Shown in pieces: positions 63,011 to 64,000 of a DNA stretch of 64,000 nt. The notes under the pieces were generated by a model. It was not told the origin of the DNA, ran no database searches, and worked only from the letters and a program-made list of their open reading frames with translations. The stretch is from the human T2T-CHM13v2.0 reference genome, Homo sapiens. The first letter of the stretch is position 1. Every line of letters starts with the position of its first letter. The stretch is taken from assembly GCF_009914755.1 (NCBI RefSeq), contig NC_060930.1. One strand, given 5' to 3'. A program made the position numbers and the translations under genes.

Positions 63011-63469
63011 GATTTGTTTAAAGGGACAAAAAAGATCATTTAAGTGATCACCAACAAGAATATGGGCATATTGGATATTTTTTAGTCAATGACAGAACTT
63101 CAAGTCATACCGGACAAAGGAAGGAAGAATGAAATGCAGATGCTCAGCCTGGAGAAGAGGAAACATGCAGAAGAGGCAAATGGAGATTGGTTTGACGTGG
63201 TAGAAAGCTTCAAACTTTTCATAGCTGTATTATGAACGGGCTTATCCTATTTTGTTTGTATTTCTAAGTTACCAATTGGCATAAATAAATGGAAACTACA
63301 GGAAGACAAATTTCAACTCAATTCAGGATCTTTTACATAGTCCAAGCTTTCCAATGATATCCTGGGATCCACTGAAGGAGAAGTTTCTCCTTCTTGAAGG
63401 CTTAGAATGAGTGAAAAAGTCATAGAGATGATGGTCACACTAGATACACAATTTTATGCCGGTCTATGA

Positions 63470-63894
<425 letters not shown>

Positions 63895-64000
63895 TAAATT
63901 TGATTTAGTAATGTTTCCAGTTTTCTAAATCAGTTTAAAATGTTTAAGACCTATAAATATTTCATTCTATTTGAAAATTCCAATTGTCATCTCTCAATTT

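Overview
AT-rich, repeat-dense primate genomic DNA, almost certainly human because it carries an AluYb8/Yb9-type element. It looks intergenic or intronic. I found no credible intact protein-coding exon chain, tRNA/rRNA, CpG island or CRISPR array. Most ORF-track entries are L1 ORF2 remnants, Alu-derived frames or chance ORFs. The window is a layered record of transposition: about 14 Alus plus FAM/FLAM monomers, several L1PA/L1M elements (nested and twin-primed), L2, MIR, a long fragmented L3/CR1, MaLR/ERV1/ERVL solo LTRs and hAT MITEs. Highlights: (1) a TSD-flanked, poly(A)-tailed retrocopy of essentially only the ERV9/LTR12 R region with an extra 5' G (4176-4296); (2) a young orphan retrocopy of non-repeat sequence (46938-47298); (3) an LTR10 solo LTR with a near-perfect p53 element and intact promoter motifs (57322-57891); (4) a MER54 LTR shaped like a terminal exon; (5) unusual L1 insertion junctions. 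Subfamily names come from my memory of consensus sequences and need RepeatMasker/Dfam confirmation. Boundaries of old elements are approximate.
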